A stretch of 57,213 nt of DNA, filler included, from Bipalium vagum (taxonomy: Eukaryota): assembly GCA_037834085.1 (NCBI GenBank). It is 3 parts of 3 records of this genome, joined end to end, with 100 filler letters (N's around TTAATTAATTAA, not from the genome) between each part and the next. Parts side by side here need not be neighbours in the genome. Positions count along the whole stretch, not along the records: positions 38,518 to 57,213 come from JBBMKC010022376.1; 2 more parts are not named here. One strand, written 5' to 3'. Both the position numbers and the translations under genes were made by a program. The notes beneath the pieces were generated by a model. The model worked only from the letters and a program-made list of their open reading frames with translations. It had not been told where the DNA came from and made no database searches. Shown one piece after another: positions 52,851-57,213 of this stretch (positions are counted from its first letter, which is position 1; every line of letters starts with the position of its first letter).

Positions 52851-54149
52851 ACAAAGTGATTCACATTCAATCGATGTGTTTGCGGTTTTCAAATCTTTAT
52901 TTTGATAATCACAAATACAATTGACCAAGAAATTCACAATAATTCACATTAGATTTTATTTAACTTTACTAGTGTTACTTAATTTTTATTTGAAGGTAAG
53001 AATCTTATCTACTGAATATAGTCTAGATAATCTCTCAGATAAGGTCACAAATAAGTTTGTTAAGATCTGAGTTCATATGCAAGTATTGATATGGTTATTT
53101 GATCATTGAGTACGCGAAAGAGATTGCCTCTCAAGTATTTATTTACGTTAATTAATAAATATTTGATACTAATTATAAGGAACCCTCTCGTAAATAGTTT
53201 TAAATTATTAACGATGGATATACAATAAAGCAAGTTTAACCACCATCTAATAAATAATGGTGCACTGATGACTGATGAAATGTATTTACAAAATTATTTA
53301 TGAAATATTTTCCCAAAATTGTATTACAGATTCGAATATTACGAGTTTTAGCTGACTACACTGAAAAAATTTCTTCATCTCAGATAACTTTAAATAGTCT
53401 TGATTAATAAAAAGGTAAATTTGATCTTGTCCTAATAATAAATGTTCGTAATCCTTCCGTTTTTCGTGTTATCAATATTTGTTTTCTTATCATATGGATG
53501 TCTTTTACTTTCAAAATATGATTATTTAATCGGACAAGTTAATAAATTTACTCTGATAATAATTTATCCTTCCGAAAACTTTATAAAAATGACGAAAAGT
53601 TGGATTATTATGATACAGCGCTCTCTAGATAAAGCCTGAATATTTTGATGTAAAATACATTTAAACCTCATTTGTTTAACTAAGCTAATTAATCGATAAT
53701 ATTAATTTTGAAAAATTTTTTTAATTTTTTGACTTCAGAATACCATAAAGGAGCTCATGGGAAACAAATTATGGAATGGCTTTGCTTTAACAAACCAACA
53801 GATTTAAGCAGGACTATAACAAAGATAATTTAAATGTGAAAAGAAAACCAAAATCAAATGTTACGACTTAAAAGTGGAAATTTTATAATAGAACAAATTA
53901 ATGTTGATGGCTGAAAAAATATGGCTGATCACTCCAAAATAAAATGACCAAGTCAGCAGTTCAGTGAATGAAAAATGCTGGATATATATGCGGCAAATCT
54001 TATATCCTCCAAAGACATTGACCGAAAAAAGTCACGCAATAAACTTAAGACACGTGCTTTATTTTGTGACATGAAACATTATAGAACGGGGTTTTTAAAG
54101 TTCTCCGATGTTAAATAAATTCATTTAAGAAAGGAAATTTTTTCAACAA

Positions 54150-54440
54150 AATGATTGGTGGATTTACCAGCATTTATTTGATGTTCATACCGTCATGCAT
54201 TCCAAGTTTCCAAACTCCGTTATTGGTTTGGTTGTCAAGATCAATAGGCCAAGAAAATTCAGGAAGAGCTTTATAAAAATCGAATTTACCATTAGTCACC
54301 TGACTTGAGGACTACTTTCACTTCTGATTACCATCTATGAGGTGTAGTTGATACAAAAGTCGACGCACAAATCTCACAGCACGAACAAGTCATTAGAAGA
54401 TGCTAAGAATGTAACTGCAAATATAATTTTTGATATTAGA
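54150..54440 (+). mobile_element. maT/DD37D-like remnant
   Basis: PLVT/SPDLR...SDYHL*GVVDTKVDA, resembling SPDLNPLDY.VWG.VE.KV. Confidence 0.4.
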
Positions 54441-54462
54441 TCATTTTAGAAAAAAATGAAAT

Positions 54463-54761
54463 TGTCCCGAAAGTAACCGAACCGAAAACGTAAATAAAAA
54501 GTTACTTTTGGAACATCTTGTATTATTTGAGATCCAGTTGTTAATTCTGTTAATTTCAACTAATGTAATTTCTTCTTTTATATCATTTTATGTTATCTTC
54601 GCTACTATTCATTTCATTCTGCGAATGACTTTTGTTTCGTGATCTTATTGATGTTTGTTGAAAATTTTCCTGAACGTTCGATGGAATGCTGAGAAAATCT
54701 GTTGTTTTCCATATCTAATCTTTATTTAAGCTTGGGGTTCGCTTACTTTTGGGATACCCTG
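54463..54761 (-). mobile_element. Miniature rosa-like element
   Basis: Inverted ends TGTCCCGAAAGTAACCGAACC / GGTTCGCTTACTTTTGGGATACCCTG+TA. Confidence 0.6.
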
Positions 54762-55691
54762 TAGATATCTTGCAAGTGTTAATATTTTAAGATTAACCGG
54801 GTAAGATATTATCTGACACTAAATTTAATAGTTAAGGTTGTAGGTCATCAAAAAAATTTTACAGACTGGAACTTATAAAAATATCACAGGAGCGAAAAAT
54901 TGCGAAAATAACATCGGATTAATTCTAAATGAATCTTGGCACTGACAACAATTTTATTATCGTTTTGAGTTTCTAAAATTTGATCAAAAAATGGGGTTAA
55001 AACTATCGATATTGCGCTTTAGGAAAAATAACAAGGTTCACTGAAATCAGATGGGTTTATGGAGATTAATTTCGGAACTATGTGTGAAAATATGGTAGAG
55101 TATACACTTGCAAATGTAAAATTAATAATAAAAATAAAAATCAATAAAGTAAATTAAGACCTTTTTAATAATATTTTTTTATCAATGAAGATTAAGTAAT
55201 AACAAATTAGTTAATAAAAAGCCCTAAGAGGAAATGAGATTCCTTTCACAATTACCTAGTAATCTATGCAAAGGCTCTGGGGCAATATACCAAACTAACC
55301 GCTAAATAAATTATAAACAGAAATAGAGAAGAACAAGAAATTATTAAAAACAAAAATAAATAATCCTAGTAACGATGACCTAATGATTATTGGAACGATG
55401 ATTTTATTTTAAAAATCTTTTGCAATCCTAATTAGAATTTCCAAGATTGAAGGTTAAGATTTTCATAATAATAATGATAATAATTACTAATTTTACTTCT
55501 GAATTTGTAATCGTCGAATTAATTTTTTGAATCACTGATTTTTTTTGTTTTTTCCTCTACTTTCCCTTCTTTTATATGGTATTTATAAAATGGGATCTGA
55601 ATCTTGATATTTATTTGAGTTGGATATGAGTTTCGGTATTTAAAATGGATATGAATCCGTTTTGGAATATAAGTTAAATTTTTATATATTA

Positions 55692-56910
55692 TTGTGCTGT
55701 CCCGAAAGTTCTTTCGGGTTTTGATAACATATATGTTTAGTAACTTTTTTCGAATTTATGAATGTAATAATTCTCAAACGCATATTATTTATAATAATAT
55801 TAAGTAATTCTAACATTGTTTAAATTCATTACTTTATTTAGCCGGTTTAAATTTGTTTGGTGGCATTTTCAAATTGATAATAAAAAAGAACACTTACGGT
55901 ATATTATTCTATTTTATTTTAACAAAGGTAAAATTGCATCACATACGCATAGAAAAATATGCGAAATAAATGACACTAGTGCGATAACAGAGCACACGTG
56001 TCAAAATTGGTATAGCAAATTCTGTTCCGAAAATTTGACGATTAAAGAAGCTCTGTTCTTGGTAGCCAATAGAAAGTTCTGATGACTGAATAAAGGATTT
56101 CATTGAAGTTCATCGATATGCAAAAGTTCGTGAAATGGCAAAGCAACTAAAATATCTAAAACTGCTGTTAGTAAACATCTGGGATACGTAAAGAAGCTCG
56201 ATATCTGGATTCCACATGAATTAACGGAAAATCATTTAATGCAAAGAATCAATATCTGCGATATGTTGATAAATCGTGATTTGATCAATCCATTTTTGAA
56301 GAATCTCATCAACGGTAATGAAAATTGAATTTCTTACAAAAATTTTCAACTCAAGAGATAATTGTGCAAGGCCGATGAGCCTTCTCAAACAACAGCAAAA
56401 GCTGAAACACACCAGAGAAAAGTTATTTTATGAGGTCTGATGGGATTATATGGGGATTTTATATTTCGAGCTCCGATGTTTATTATCAATAATTGGACAA
56501 ATTAAAAGATTCTATATTGCAGATTGAGCAGAAATTAGCAAATCGAGGTGTTATGTTCCACTATGACAACGAAAAAACCTCACACTTCTTTGAAGAATCG
56601 ACAAAAATTAGTGGAACTTGGATTTATTCCTAACATGGCACTGTCAGATTATTATCTCTTTCGTTCTCTACAGACCAATTTGGCTGGAAAAAACTTTACC
56701 TCAGACAAAGATGTCAAATCGTACCTGAAATCGTTTTTCGATCAAAAAGACCATAAGTTTTATGAAAAGGAACTCATGTTATTGAATAAAAGATGGTAAC
56801 AAATTGCCGATAATAACAGAAAATATTTTATAGAATAAAGTTTTTTCTGTGTTAAAATTTTTCCTTTTTATTTCATAGTAAAACCCGAAAATTTTTTCGG
56901 GACAACCCAA
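55692..56910 (+). mobile_element. Full-length decayed mariner (1219 bp)
   Basis: TA-flanked TIRs TTGTGCTGTCCCGAAAG / TTTCGGGACAACCCAA; EHLRYIILFYFNKGK, LDIWIPHEL, NGNEN*I, HYDNE, SDYYLFRSLQ. Confidence 0.92.
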
Positions 56911-57146
56911 TATATATATCTGCTGCTGTTCTTAAAGTTCATTAGTCTTATAATTAAAATTTATTATTTTAAGACAAATTAGTAATTTGCTATTTTCCAA
57001 TTTGTCTCATAATATTTTTTTTTATTTTAATTATTTTCTGAATAATTTTTGCCCTAATTTCTATTTATAAAACTTAAGGTTACCTGTTAAATATTTCTGT
57101 ATTTTATAAAATCATGATTTTTGCCTTAATACTAATAATAATATCA

Positions 57147-57147
<1 letters not shown>

Positions 57148-57213
<66 letters not shown>
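57148..57213 (+). repeat. (TAA)n microsatellite running to the window end
   Basis: 22 perfect TAA units. Shorter (TAA)/(TTA) tracts near 20100, 27800 and 45820. Confidence 0.95.

Noticed and set aside
53442-53639. Hydrophobic ORFs (also 42713-42898, 49889-50170, 16799-16990) as possible GPCR TM exons
   Set aside because: No class B motifs or suitable splice sites. F/I/L richness is expected from AT-rich DNA.
57148-57213. Terminal repeat as a telomere
   Set aside because: (TAA)n is a common microsatellite throughout this window, not a G-rich telomeric repeat.
1-57213. CRISPR arrays, rRNA, tRNA, snRNA or SL RNA genes
   Set aside because: No repeat-spacer array or recognisable structural RNA gene seen by eye. 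tRNAscan-SE/Infernal would be needed to exclude divergent ones.

Overview
Very AT-rich animal nuclear DNA. The spliceosomal introns, (TAA)n tracts and transposon mix recall planarian-type genomes, but the taxon is inference only. Two host genes are supported: two exons of a class B (secretin-family) GPCR ectodomain on + (14229-14366, 17763-17866) and an intact ribosomal protein L19 (eL19) on - (22360-22941), probably nested antisense in a GPCR intron. Most of the rest is decayed mobile DNA: many mariner, Tc1, rosa-like, IS630-like and Merlin copies, hAT remnants, MITEs, a gypsy gag-protease remnant and four related solo LTRs. Best leads: (1) a decayed Polinton/adintovirus-type cassette with zinc finger, parvovirus-like phospholipase A2 and retroviral-type integrase (about 36.2-38.1 kb); (2) a folded GC-rich module ending at a splice-donor motif in the solo LTRs; (3) an intronless PIM-like kinase relic. 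Two 100-bp scaffold gaps contain an artificial TTAATTAATTAA linker. I found no intact novel multi-gene system. Family assignments come from motifs read by eye, not database searches, and boundaries of degraded elements are approximate.
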